Shown: positions 23,630 to 37,210, counted from the whole stretch's first letter. The stretch is DNA of 63,990 nucleotides, filler included, from Octopus bimaculoides (GCF_001194135.2; 10 parts of 9 records of this genome joined end to end with filler, not necessarily neighbours in it); one strand, 5' to 3'. Numbers and translations: made by a program. The notes: a model not told the origin generated them from the sequence alone.

Positions 23630-26600
23630 CCTCAGTTTCACTCATCTTTCATACACTTATAAACGCCCAACTGTATGATTGCCTACGAGGTGCATTTCTT
23701 ATTCTTTTTCCTGTTATAATATTTCTGTTGTATTTCAAATATATTGAAAGCTATCAACAAAACCGAAGGAAGTACACTGTTGATTATTGATGAAACAATG
23801 ATGCAACCATAATTGCAATAATTATACCCTGTATGGATTACATCATTATATTGTACATAACAGGTTAATCAGTGAAATTTTCAGATGGCAAAGCTTTCCT
23901 ACAATCCATCTACCAAGAATTATGCGTTCTATTCTGATCTTTAAATTTTCGCTTTTCTATAAATGGACTATGTAGTCATAAACGCCTAAACTAGTCAGCA
24001 TTTGAAATGCTGTAGATATTACAAGATATAGTTTTCTTACCCTTAAGTATTTTATTCTGAGGTTATCCAAAACAAAATTGCTAGTACTTTTGGAAGGACA
24101 ATATCACGTTAAAATGATCTTTTTTAAACTGTCCATAGGCAAAAGTGAATTTACAACTAATCTATTTTTTTTAAAAATATTCATCGTGCATGAAACCTCA
24201 TATGTTACAAGCTGTTGATAGCTCGATATAGCAGATGAAAATCAGGTAATTAATGTCCTACTAACTTTCGTGTATGAGCCATTATATATAAAATCAATCA
24301 TTTAACGTGACAGCAATGATATTTATAGATCATTCAAAATCTTTGATTTCTGGAGGCAAAGCATATGATTGAGGAAAAATAGAATTCTGGAAGTGTTCAA
24401 TTCTTACTATTAAAGAAAGGAATTATGCCAAATTTTTCGTGCAGATTATACGGAAAAGCAGATACGTAAAAAATAGAAACTGTTACTGCGACGCATTTTA
24501 CAAGTTTAACATAGAATGGTTCCTGTTCCCCTACAGCTTCTGAAGCAATTGCGTATGGGTAGGTAACAAAAATTGAGAAAGTGAACTGTACGTCTTTCAG
24601 CTACAAAGATCGAATGTTGGTTCCAAAATGTTTTTCTATCTTCCACATTTTCTCTTGTGTGTGAATTCTATAATTTTCCATGTAAACACTTTCCATGTTG
24701 AACTTATTTACCTAGCACGTACCTGAAGTTTTCTCACTAACTGGTGAGAGTTCCTGGATAGTCAATGTATGATTGTTTAGTATCTAGATTCCGTAAGAGC
24801 ATAGTGGCATAGAATAAGCTTGCTCTTTATGTGTATATCAATCGTGGAATTTTGGAATCATAGGTGCGAATATTCCAAAATATACTGTAACTACCACTTC
24901 CGTCACTCAATGCAAATCCTGCCTCAGTGTTACTAAGCGACGAGATGATATAGTTTAATTGATTGCGAAGAAGGACCCAGTGGCCCATAAATATAAGGGT
25001 ACCAGAGAAATATCAATAGCTTAGAATATAAAAACAAATTTTGTAATCAAGCATTCTTAATAAAATATTTAGCTTTACGTGCTGAGAATCATGTTGTGCA
25101 AGGAATCGGTTGTGCGAAAAATTGTACTTCAGACACATGGAAATATTTTATTCATGTCAACGTCTCAAAATTATATCAAGTACATTTATCACTACCAAAA
25201 ACGCGCCCGTGTATAAAACGGAAGAGAGAATCTTTGTTATTAATTCCACAGTAGAAAAGTTTCCGAAGAGATGGCGGATAGAATAGTTTTTCAATGTAAT
25301 GCTTGAGTAATAAACGAAATCATACGGAGTTCTTCGTCTTCTTAATTTTGTTTATAACTTGAATTTCACTGTTCATCATATATATATTCGTAGCTACGTA
25401 AAATCCGTAGCGCAGACGAAAATAACTGTTGAGTTTTTTCAAACGATATTAACTGCATGGAAATGAAAGATTCAACGCCTCATAAGTTTTGCCTACAATT
25501 TCTCAGACAGGAACGAATTTAATAGAGTATTTCACTACGCACAGGTACAAGCCGATTAAATTAGAGATGTGACATAATTTACACGTTTTATGGTGACATC
25601 ATAGTATTATTGCTGGAGATGGCAAAATAGGGATCGACGGTTGTCTTCACTAGATATGTTTTGCTGTGTGGACCACTGTGGTGTAATTACGATGTTTTTG
25701 AACCAATCTATAACCTAAATTTGTTATCAATCTTTTTAATGCAGGCAATAAGTGATGTACATAAATCTAACTCCGATGGATTTGAATCTGTTAAATTCTT
25801 ATCACTAAGCATATTTCATGAATTCACATCTTTGGTTACATGGATTGGCGTGTGCTAAGCGTTAAAAATATAATGTGACACGTAGTACTTTTATCTGAAA
25901 TTTAGTAAAACTTAGATTAATACGCAAGAAATGCGATCAATTGTAGATGCGGGTAGTTAGCAATTAATTTAATACAAGTGATTTATAAATGGGAAATACA
26001 TTTCCCATTTATAAAGTAAGTGGAAACATATTCTCAACAATTTTGTATAGATAGTGGAATAAAATTTAGATGTAGATACTGTTTGCTTGAAAAGGAAGAA
26101 CTTGACACGTTGATCATCTTTAATCAAATTCATAATAAGAGGTATTATATTGAATTTGCTCGAGTATTTTCTGGTTACCAGCCAATGGGAAGCAGTAACA
26201 GAAGCTGGTGAATTTCAGTTATTCCATTCCTGATAGTATGCAGTCTTACACACCATTGATATTACATCTACTGAACTTGCATTTATGTCACGAACAAGTG
26301 TTTCTCGAAACATGGCTTCATAAAACATCTTCCTGTTTTCCCAAATTTCTATAAAACTTCAGTAAACGGAAAACATAAACGATGGTGTTATTAATTGAAT
26401 GTCAAAGTTATTGGTTATATTAAGAAACAGAACACACACACAAACACATATACACACACACACACGAGTGCACACACACACACACACATACACACACACA
26501 CACACACGCATACCATACACACATATGTGTGTATGTGTATATGTGTGTGTGTGTCTGCAATACATACCGAAGTTTTATTAAAGTTCCAATCTACCTTGTA

Positions 26601-26840
26601 CGATATTCTAAAACGTATCATATAACTGAATTACATACTTTTATACAATTCAGTTTTACCGGTTATACCGGTTAAATACTAATTATAATGCCAGAGATTT
26701 GCGGCATCATCAGTTCGGAGTTCCAACGATAATAACTGGGGTGGAACATATCCAATAGCGAAATGACACACCGCATCACATGATAATTTTCAGGTGCTTC
26801 AGACTATCTAAAATTTCAAATATACTAAGTCAAATATTGA

Positions 26841-26883
<43 letters not shown>

Positions 26884-27060
26884 CAAACACGCACACACAT
26901 ATATGTATATATGTATATATATATATATTTGTTTTGCAAGATTTTTTATGTGAAATCGTGTGTTGAAACAGATGTTGTTGTACTTGGGGATGGTCATATT
27001 GCCAGTTTAGCCAATAAAAACACACGCACTGTATATTTGGTGTTAATTTTTTTTTTTCAG

Positions 27061-27211
27061 CTTTATATTACATTAATCTTAATCTTAATCTTATTTCGGC
27101 CAGAGTTCTTTCGTCACACTTCTGTGACCTCATCAGTGGTCCTTTGTTTCCTTCTTTCTTATGTGTGTCTCACCTTGCTAACTATCAGCCATTTTGTATT
27201 TTGTATTCCTA
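27061..27211 (-). mobile_element. Penelope-like terminal repeat fragment with a minimal hammerhead-like motif (27098-27142)
   Basis: Minus strand reads ggacca-CTGATGA-g-GTCAC-agaagt-GTGAC-GAAA-g-aa-CTC-tggcc. Confidence 0.5.
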
Positions 27212-27311
27212 NNNNNNNNNNNNNNNNNNNNNNNNNNNNNNNNNNNNNNNNNNNNTTAATTAATTAANNNNNNNNNNNNNNNNNNNNNNNNNNNNNNNNN
27301 NNNNNNNNNNN

Positions 27312-27541
27312 TGTTCCCACCAGTTTTTATCATGGGGCAAGTCCAGGTTTTTGCATATTACCCAGTGAATATATTGTGCAGCTCTATCATGCCTGTTGAG
27401 ATACTCTGTAGGCGCAAGCAGACTGCACATGGAGACAATATGATCGATGGTCTCATTTTGTTGTTGGCATATACGACATAATGGGGAGCTGCCGTTCTTT
27501 AATATGTTGGCCTGGTAGTTCTTTGTAGGTAGGCATTGATC

Positions 27542-27543
<2 letters not shown>
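27312..27543 (-). mobile_element. RLE LINE fragment (zinc knuckle plus RHD)
   Basis: Minus strand reads DQCLPTKNYQANILKNGSSPLCRICQQNETIDHIVSMCSLLAPTEYLNRHDRAAQYIHWVICK; the 5' junction abuts (AAT)n. Confidence 0.85.
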
Positions 27544-27630
<87 letters not shown>

Positions 27631-27894
27631 GTAATTATTATCATTTTTCATCATTGTCAATGTATTCTTCGTGGGTATATAATATTTATGCTTACCATTT
27701 TTATTCGAATTATTTTTAGTATTATCCTGACTGTAATTATTAGTATCATTTTTATTTTGATGTATATTATAATTATGTTTATTTATGTTCTTATATTGTT
27801 TATTATCATGATTGGTATTACTTCTATAGTTGGTTTGAGAGTTAGGATGATTAATAGTATTATTAGTGGGTCCGTAATTATTAAAGAATTTAAT

Positions 27895-28290
27895 ATTTTA
27901 ATTATAGCCTACTTCCTTTAATGCACTATTAGAGTAAGAGGCATGTTTAATGAAAGTATCAATATCCGAGGATAACATAGAAAGTTTTTTAACTATATTG
28001 TCTATTAATGCTTTTTTAACTGAGGTAGGATGGTTACTAAGGGCATTAATGTACTTTAGGCTCTTGTTTAACTTGTGGAATGGGTGGGTTTTATTAGTTA
28101 TTAAGTTTAGGTTTGCATCTAGGTATTTAACCGCAGAATGTTCTTTCACTATAGAGGTATCTAAACCATAATTCTTAAAGAATTTGTATAATTTTTTCTT
28201 TATGTTTTCTAATGATCTATTGGTGCAGTTTCTAGTTATAAGGAGTAGGTCGTCCCTATATAGACCTCCCTCTATATATGGTCGGCTTTT
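27895..28290 (-). mobile_element. Penelope-like element reverse transcriptase fragment
   Basis: GGLYRDDLL (RT YRDD motif), YLD.NLNL, PFHK...YIN..SNHP, KLSMLSSD..F...Y..AL...GY: the PLE RT-thumb signature. Confidence 0.85.
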
Positions 28291-28295
28291 ATTCA

Positions 28296-28420
28296 GTTTT
28301 CGTCTACTAAATCCACTCACAAGGCTTCGCTTGGCCTGAGGCTATAGTAGAAGGCACTTGCCCAAGATGCTACACAATGGGACTGAACCCAGAATCATGT
28401 TGGAAAGCAAGCTTCTTACC
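28296..28420 (-). mobile_element. SINE family B head
   Basis: aaatccactcacaaggct...gcacttgcccaagatgc...gggactgaaccc...agcttcttaccacac. Confidence 0.75.
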
Positions 28421-28683
28421 ACACATCTATATATAAATAGATAAGCTCCTTTCCTAACTTGGATTGGTCAAGAGATGCCGGCATACATGCATACCTTCTT
28501 ACATGCACACACACACACACACACAAACACACACAAACACGCATACACACACACACATATGCATACACAGACTCTTGACCAAACCAATAAGGATTGAAAA
28601 TTGATTAAAACTGCTATTTTTTTCAAAATATGGAGAAACAGATAAATCCGACAGGTTTGTAAGTTTAATGTGTAGGACTTTTA

Positions 28684-28830
28684 TCTATATACATAAAATC
28701 CTTTGTCTCTCTGTCTGTTTCCAATGTATTCCCAAATGGCTCAACCAAATCAAATAAAATTTTACATGGTAATAATATCAGACCCCGTGAGTGCCGAAAT
28801 GTAATTTTTCTGGATTAAAACAATGCAACA
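28684..28830 (+). mobile_element. Possible non-autonomous Helitron/DINE-like 5' fragment
   Basis: tctatatacataaaa start, then tgtctctctgtctg and aaatggctcaaccaaatc..aaattttacatg, resembling HINE/DINE-1 type blocks. Recall only. Confidence 0.35.
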
Positions 28831-30049
28831 GTGGCACTGGTTTCGTATTACTTGTCAAAACTCAAAGAATCAAAGTGAAACAATAACATCTATATTGTAA
28901 TAAAAGTGAAAGAATAATATCTATATTGTAATGTAACAGATTGTTTCACTTTTATATTTTTACTTTTAATTCTAACCACGGCGACGATGACGTCATATTT
29001 TGTATATAACTGTATCTGTCTGTGAATGTATGCGATTGAGTTTATGAGAGTGTATATGTCTCACAGTGTGTGTGTCTTTCTGCATTAGGTACGTTATTAA
29101 ACATAATATATGTTTCACTTTTATAGTTTATCTGACCAATGAAACAGCCTGCTTGTGAAATTAACATGCACGGGGGTTGAGTACTCCATTGTCATGCATA
29201 CACTTAATGTAGTTCCCAGGGAGATTCAGCGTGAGAGGCTGGCCATTTGAAATACAGGTACTACTCATTTTGGCCAGCTGAATGCACTAACATGAAACGA
29301 AGTGTCTTGCTTGAGTAATATATATATATTAACCAGCATATTCAACTGAAGTTGGATGTATTGTTTAGAATGCTTTAATCTGCAATAAATGTCTTGAGAT
29401 GTAGGTCGGATGTGCTAATTAATATTCATTAGAAAAGCTATTTGTGTCTCTAATAGTTAATATGGAACATGGACATTAAATGATGATGATGCTGATGATT
29501 TATATACATACAGCAGCATATGTACAATTTTGCTCACCTTGTAAGTATGTATCTCAATTCTGTATGACTCTTTTCTTCTTTCTTTTAGTCCTCTCATAAT
29601 TTCTTTTTTCTTTCCTTTATTCTTTTTCTCACTTGCCCTCTCTCACAACTCTTGGCCTTCTCTTTCTTTAATCTCTCCACTTTCCCTCCTTGTTTATCTC
29701 CATTGTGCCCTTCTCTATGTCCCTTTGATTTCCTCTTTTTCTCATTCTTTCCCTAATTCTTCAATCCCTCTGCCCCTATCTCTCTCCTTTCCTTCCAAAA
29801 GACCGGTGTTCAGCCAAGCATGATTTTTCTTTCTTGGCTCGACTGCTGGCTGTGAAGCATCTCTTAGATTCCTGTCTCATGACTTTCATCTCTTATGTTC
29901 CTCTCTGTTCCTGCCTCAAGGCTTCCACTCCATATGCACCAGCTCAATTTGCTTTGTCTCTATTAGTCAAAAGACACCTGTTGCTATTTTCTTGTTGTTT
30001 GTATTTGTAATTGTGTAACATTTTCTGTGTTTGTTTTGTCTTTGTTGTT

Positions 30050-30285
30050 GTACACATTCACTTGCTTTCTCCCCCAAAATTTAAAGCTCTTAGCTTAGAT
30101 TTTTGGGGGCCATCGAGATTTGAACAGTCTCAAGTTTAACTGGCTGAAACTGTAAGGATGATCTGTAAACTTGACTGATGAGAGAAGGCTGTGAATGACG
30201 TGTCCTTGTTTTTTTTCCTGTCTGACTTTGTATTCTCTATCTGTCCAGATGCTTTATTGACGTCTGTTGTATCCTTGTTCCATTT
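30050..30285 (+). mobile_element. Interspersed repeat (PLE-terminal-like); diverged inverted copy at 31232-31450
   Basis: Shared blocks gctcttagcttag/ctaagttaagagc, aacttgactga/tcagtcaagtt and ctgtccagatg/catccagacag. Confidence 0.55.
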
Positions 30286-30608
30286 TTGGGATTAATATAT
30301 ACATATAGTAGTGTATGTATACTCTTTCACACCTTGTAAGTAAGTATATATATATGTATATATANNNNNNNNNNNNNNNNNNNNNNNNNNNNNNNNNNNN
30401 NNNNNNNNNNNNNNNNNNNNNNNNNNNNNNNNNNNNNNNNNNNNNNNNNNNNNNNNNNNNNNNNNNNNNNNNNNNNNNNNNNNNNNNNNNNNNNNNNNNN
30501 NNNNNNNNNNNNNNNNNNNNNNNNNNNNNNNNNNNNNNNNNNNNNNNNNNNNNNNNNNNNNNNNNNNNNNNNNNNNNNNNNNNNNNNNNNNNNNNNNNNN
30601 NNNNNNNN

Positions 30609-30639
<31 letters not shown>

Positions 30640-30787
30640 GTGTATTTGGATCCCTGTAACCTAGCAGTTCAGCAAAACAGGCTAATAGAATAAGTATCAG
30701 GCTTTAAAAAAGTACTAGGGTTGATTCATTTGACTAAAAATTTTTCAAGGCACTATATATATGTTAATTGAAGTGTACAGTATTATA

Positions 30788-31033
30788 TATGCATCATGGC
30801 TGATCTTACCAATTGATTTCATACTGGGGGTTTCACAGATTGTTATGTAACCCTATACTCTTCAGAGGCAGCCATTTTGGAATGAAATATGGCAACTGAA
30901 TAGTAAGTAGTCACCATATTTCATTCCAAAACTGCTCCCCCTGAAGAGCACTGGGTTACATAATTGGACTGTTACCTAACATTCCGTTGAACCCTTAGCA
31001 TGAGACTGATTAGTAAGATCAGCGATGATGGAT
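30788..31033. mobile_element. Palindromic foldback MITE (about 245 bp)
   Basis: Nested inverted blocks: catcatggctgatcttac/gtaagatcagcgatgatg; ttatgtaaccc 30843-30853 / gggttacataa 30953-30963; perfect 18-bp ttttggaatgaaatatgg 30875-30892 / 30914-30931. Confidence 0.75.
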
Positions 31034-31160
31034 AAATAATATTGATATAGCCACTCTACTGACAGATATATGAGTACATTTTTTCTTGATTTATGGACTC
31101 TTAGATGAGTTACTAATACATATGCATACATACATACATACATACATCATCATCATCATC

Positions 31161-31225
<65 letters not shown>

Positions 31226-31231
31226 AATGCA

Positions 31232-31530
31232 AAACTGGGACAAGAACGCAAAACATCCAGACAGATGATACAAAAGAGGGACAAGAAAAAACACGGATAA
31301 GTCATTTGAAGTTTTCTTTCTTCAGTCAAGTTCCAGATTATCTTTGCAATTTCTGCTGGTTATACTCGAGATTGCTCCAATCTGGCCAGCTCTAAGGAAA
31401 AACTAAGTTAAGAGCACTAGATTCCTTGGAAGAAAGCAGTGAATGTATCCAAAAACAAGGACAGAAAAAAAAATGGAGAAATGGTACACAAATACAAATG
31501 TAAATAACAGGATATTAACAACAGGTGTCT
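31232..31530 (-). mobile_element. Interspersed repeat, inverted relative to 30050-30285
   Basis: See the shared blocks listed for 30050-30285. Confidence 0.55.
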
Positions 31531-33275
31531 TTCGACTAAGGACGAATTAAATTAAGCTGGCGTGTCTGGAAGTGAAACCTTATGGCAGGGACATACGAGA
31601 TGACAGGCATGGGGAGGAATATAGATGTTGCACGGATGGTAGTCGAACCAAGAAAGAAAGGTCAGTCTTGGTCGAACACCTGTCACGTGGAGAGAGAGAG
31701 AAGAGAGATAGAAGCAGAGGGACAGAAGAATTAGGGAGGGACGAGAAAAAAGAAAAGGGACAGAGTGAAGGAAAAGAGGAGGGAAGGTGAGAATGAAGAG
31801 AAAGCTAGGAAATGTTAGAGAGGGGGAACGAAAGAAAGAAGAGTGGAAATAACAAAGTGTGAAGGAGCTGATAGAAAGAAAGAAAGAACAAAAGAATAAG
31901 AGGGTCATACAAAATTTATATATATATATTTACATATATATATATATATATATATGTACTTACATATAAGAGACCAAAGTGTACAATCCACACACACATA
32001 CATAATGGGTTTTAATACAGTTTCAGACTTTCCTTTGTTAAATATTGGTCATCCAAAAGCTACTGCAGAAGACAGTTGTCAAAGATGCATTGAAACTGAA
32101 CTGGAAACCTCACGATTGCAAAGCAAATTTAATAACTGAATGGCTATGCCTGTGTTTTTAAGTATAAATTCACTCAGTAAAATATACACTAGTGTTAAAA
32201 TTACAAGAAGTTTACAGAGTAAAAAACTGCATAAATGTCATATTATGAGAAAGTTATGATGTGATTGTATGTAATATGTTGAGTTGAGGAAGAACAAACT
32301 ATTAGTTTTTATTTTTCCTGTTTGTTTTACATTCTTTCTCCCCCTGAAGTCCATTGATTGATGGTGTTCTACATTTTCATATTGGGTTTTCAAGTACCAG
32401 TTTGTCAGACAACATAAATCATTTTATATGAATATTTAGGAAAAACTTCAGCAATATTAGACTAAGTTGTTCACAATCACACTATGTTTTAAAGTTATCC
32501 AAATTTAACACTTTTGCTTGGATTTGTTTCTGCGCAACACAACTACACTACCAATCGTGATTGTATGTATGGTGAACCAGCTAATGAAATTTCTCTGAAA
32601 TGTAGTTACTGTTCTTATTGCCATTGTTGTTTCTGCTGTTTAGCCCCAAATCAGACCTGTTTGAGCAAACTTAGAAATAAAAGCATTTGAGCGAGGGTTG
32701 CAATCAACCTGTTTTGTTTAAGGATCTGTGCATTTAACACTGGATTATCATCGATAAGGGGATGTATATCTTCAATACACATCTCCTTTCCTTTTAAAAA
32801 TAGGGGTGGGCTGGGATTTCATGATGATTTAGATACTATTTTTGTGGTTTTGTGACAGTAGAGAAGCTTGCTTACTAAATAAATCATTTGCTTTTCCAAG
32901 GTGTGATTATTGCTAGTTGAAAGCTATTAATTATAGAAATACTTACTATTAAATTAAAAAAAAGTTTTGGTTCTTATTAATGTTCTGTTCAATAAATTTA
33001 TATTAGCTAGAAAGTCATTTTTTTTTTGAAAAAAAAAAAGGAGAACTCCTACCAAGCTACTACTTACATGATCATTGGTTGTACTGACTAAAGATAAAAT
33101 TATATTTTTAAATTGAACAATACATTGTAAAAATGCCAGGAGAGGCAATATATATCCTCAGAGTAGATGACTTTTTGTTTCTTGTCAACAAGATAATAAA
33201 GAAAAGCAATAAAGTGGAAAACAGATGAAAGTCATCAAAATATTACTTGTAAATGTCTGTGAATATGTAATTTGG

Positions 33276-33309
<34 letters not shown>

Positions 33310-33348
33310 GCATACATACATATATATGTGATGTGTTATGTGTGTGTG

Positions 33349-33381
<33 letters not shown>

Positions 33382-34237
33382 ATGTATGTATATATGTATT
33401 CCATTTCCCTTTGATTTATAAGTGTGAAATATAGATTGGACATTCCTCCCCACCGCAATATTTCTTAATTACTTCTGATATATTTAATATTAACAACTAA
33501 TCAGGCAAAAAATTAACAAGAAGAAAAAAATATTTAGAATTTGTAGACATTAAATTACTTTTTAGTTTTCTGAGCCAATTCACATTTCTTCTAATTTAAA
33601 ACTTACCAGAATGTTTTGTATCTGAGAAAACTGGAAATAATCTTTTTATTTGTTTTCAATTCCATTCCGGTAATGTTTTGCAGTATCAGAGAACTTGGCA
33701 ATATATTGAAGAGCTAAAGAAATCAATTATAAAGCTCATATTATTTAACATAAATCATAAAAATATTAACAAAAAAAGAAGTTGTTTGATTGCTGTTAAT
33801 TTCTACATCAACTTAAATTTTGTAAGGTTACAGCACATTTCTTAACATTAAAACCACTTCCTATACGAAATATTTGCAAAAAAAAACAACAACAATAACA
33901 ACGAAAAGCAACAACATTTATTTTGCCAATAAAGTATTTATTCATTATAACTAATGAGTTAAACTGTTTATAGAATACAATAATGATATTCCATGTAAAA
34001 GTGCAAAGGTTCAATTTCTTGATGAGAAATCAAAGATTTTCATGGCTGTTGTTGTTGTTGTTGGTGGTGCTGGTGGTAGTTGTGGTGGTGTTTGTTTTCT
34101 GCTGGTTCATATAATTGAAGGCAAGACTGGCTCAGAGTCAGAGCAAACAACTCATAATCATGTGCCTCTTTTAGGATTTCTGGTCGAGAATATTTCTGTT
34201 TAATTTCTAGTTGTTTACTCTTGGACTCAGCTTTGTA

Positions 34238-34284
<47 letters not shown>

Positions 34285-34898
34285 NNNNNNNNNNNNNNNN
34301 NNNNNNNNNNNNNNNNNNNNNNNNNNNNNNNNNNNNNNNNNNNNNNNNNNNNNNNNNNNNNNNNNNNNNNNNNNNNNNNNNNNNNNNNNNNNNNNNNNNN
34401 NNNNNNNNNNNNNNNNNNNNNNNNNNNNNNNNNNNNNNNNNNNNNNNNNNNNNNNNNNNNNNNNNNNNNNNNNNNNNNNNNNNNNNNNNNNNNNNNNNNN
34501 NNNNNNNNNNNNNNNNNNNNNNNNNNNNNNNNNNNNNNNNNNNNNNNNNNNNNNNNNNNNNNNNNNNNNNNNNNNNNNNNNNNNNNNNNNNNNNNNNNNN
34601 NNNNNNNNNNNNNNNNNNNNNNNNNNNNNNNNNNNNNNNNNNNNNNNNNNNNNNNNNNNNNNNNNNNNNNNNNNNNNNNNNNNNNNNNNNNNNNNNNNNN
34701 NNNNNNNNNNNNNNNNNNNNNNNNNNNNNNNNNNNNNNNNNNNNNNNNNNNNNNNNNNNNNNNNNNNNNNNNNNNNNNNNNNNNNNNNNNNNNNNNNNNN
34801 NNNNNNNNNNNNNNNNNNNNNNNNNNNNNNNNNNNNNNNNNNNNNNNNNNNNNNNNNNNNNNNNNNNNNNNNNNNNNNNNNNNNNNNNNNNNNNNNNN

Positions 34899-34986
<88 letters not shown>

Positions 34987-35489
34987 TTGTATGAACATAT
35001 ATGAAAATGAGATGATAAAGTAATAAATGATTATCTTAATAACTTCATTTTCTAACAGCTGTTTCTGCAATAAAATGCAGTAAACTCATATTGAGTGCTC
35101 GAATAACACCAACCTACAACTTCATCAGAAACTTGAACATGTAGTGCAATTTGTTTAACACTTCATTTTGAATCATATGTATATATTTATATATATATAT
35201 ATCAATGCCTAAATAAAATATCTATTTATTTATTTATTAAATATAATGATATAAATTATTTACATGTTTTTAGGTAACAAAACAATTTATTGAGATATTT
35301 GAATTTTCTTATTGTTAAATAATTTCATCAAAGTATTTCTCTGTCATTTATGACTTTATACACTCTTTGTCATTTTCCTCATCAGCCTCAGTGTTTCACT
35401 GGTACTTAACTTATTGACTCCCAATAAGTCACTAGTAGTCAAGCATCCATCATTGACAAGACCATAGAAGGTTGAAGCCTCAGTGCTAG

Positions 35490-36324
35490 ATGTGGCAGGG
35501 ATTTATTTATCTCTCTTCTAGTGATATAGACAAGAGTGTGTTTTGCATCAAAAACCAATATGAGAATTTCCCTCATGGTACCTACCACATTATAGTTTGT
35601 TCTAACAGAGCATCCGCGTTTGAGTGGGGATAAATATTATAAATATTATCTCTGTCACTAATATATATTTTTTAACAAGCACACCGGTTAATTGTGACAC
35701 CAGTGCTTGGTTTTGCACTGTTATTCTATATGTCACTGGCAAGGAGATGAATTGCTGCTATCTCTAGCAGTCAGTATCTATCACTGACTAAACCAAAGAA
35801 GATCAGAATCATGTGATCATGTGATCTGGTGATTTTTAAGCATGCATTTTGCACCAAAAGCCAATATGAGAGTTTTTCTCAGGTATCTGCCACAGAGCAT
35901 CCATATTTAAATGGGGATTAATATTATCTCACGGTATTAATATTACCTCTGTTGCTAATATGTATTCATAATTATTTTTGTAGAACCCCTTATGATCTCT
36001 TGTGGAACTTCAAAATTCTAGAAAACCCTAGTTGGGAAACATTGTTTTATAGCTTCTAGTTCTCAGTCTTTTATTCTTTCATTTGTTTTAGTCATGTGAC
36101 TATGACCGTACTGGAGCACGACCTTGATGCATTTTAGTTGAACTAATCGACTCCAAAGCTTAGTTTTTAAACCTAGTACTTATTCTATCAGTCTCTTTTG
36201 CTGAACTGCTAAGTTATGAGAATATAAACATACCAACACCAGTTGTCAAACAGTGACGGTGGGGGTGTGTGATAAATATAAACACACATAGACATAGACA
36301 TAGACATATACATATATACATATA

Positions 36325-36400
<76 letters not shown>

Positions 36401-37210
36401 GCTCCTTTCAGTTTCTGTCAACCAAATCCACTCACAAGGCTTTGGTTGGCCTGAGGCTATAGTAGAAAACACTTGCCCAAGATGCCATGCAGTGGGACTG
36501 AAATTGGAACCATGTGGTCGGGAAGCAAGCTTCGTACTATACAGCCATACCTGCAACCATATATTATTTCTCCACCCTTGCTCTTCTATCATTACTAGAA
36601 TGGCCTCTGTTTCTCTGAAATACTGAACTGCATATTATTTAGACCCACCCAACACATTTACCACTCTTCAAATATGTCTCAATTTCCAGAACCCTACAAC
36701 AGGATGCAGTTTAAAGTCAGACCTAAGACAATGTGTGAGTACCACACAAATTCTGAACAACTTTAGTAAATTTCTTAAACTAAAACAAGGAATTTTTAAA
36801 GAACACAAAAAAAGTTCACAGCAAAAGAAAAAAATAGTAACAAATATTTTTTAACCTTGATTTTCATATCCATATATCAAAGTAGAAATGCTGTGGTTGT
36901 TTGAACAATATTCTAGCAATACCAGAAAATCAAACGATTACCTGCCGAACTGCTGTACTCTTTGGACACATTCACCAAGCAATCCTAACTGAGAGAAGGA
37001 CTGCACATTTTTAAGCTAGCTTAACTCTGATACGTTACTGGCATATGCCATTGACTAAACTGAGGAAGATTGGAATCATGTTATCTGGTGTTCTCGGTGC
37101 TGAAGGCAGCAGGGATTTATTTCCCCTCTAGTGATATAAACAAGCATGCATTATGCACCAAAAGCCAATATGAGAGTTTCTCTCAGATATCTGGCACAGA
37201 ACATCCATGT
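35490..37210 (+). repeat. Three dispersed degenerate copies of an approximately 110-150 bp repeat (about 35490-35645, 35825-35935, 37105-37210)
   Basis: Shared core gca.caaaa.ccaatatgaga.ttt..ctca.g.a.ct..cac..agagcatcc. Confidence 0.7.
36075..36555 (-). mobile_element. SINE family B, full length, with an expanded internal (TA)n
   Basis: Head at 36400-36555 and tail at 36075-36250 match the reverse complement of 53530-53940. Confidence 0.85.

Noticed and set aside
34040-34226. Minus-strand peptide ending in a poly-H/Q tract
   Set aside because: The low-complexity end comes from (CAC/CAA)n; no splice signals or recognisable domain.
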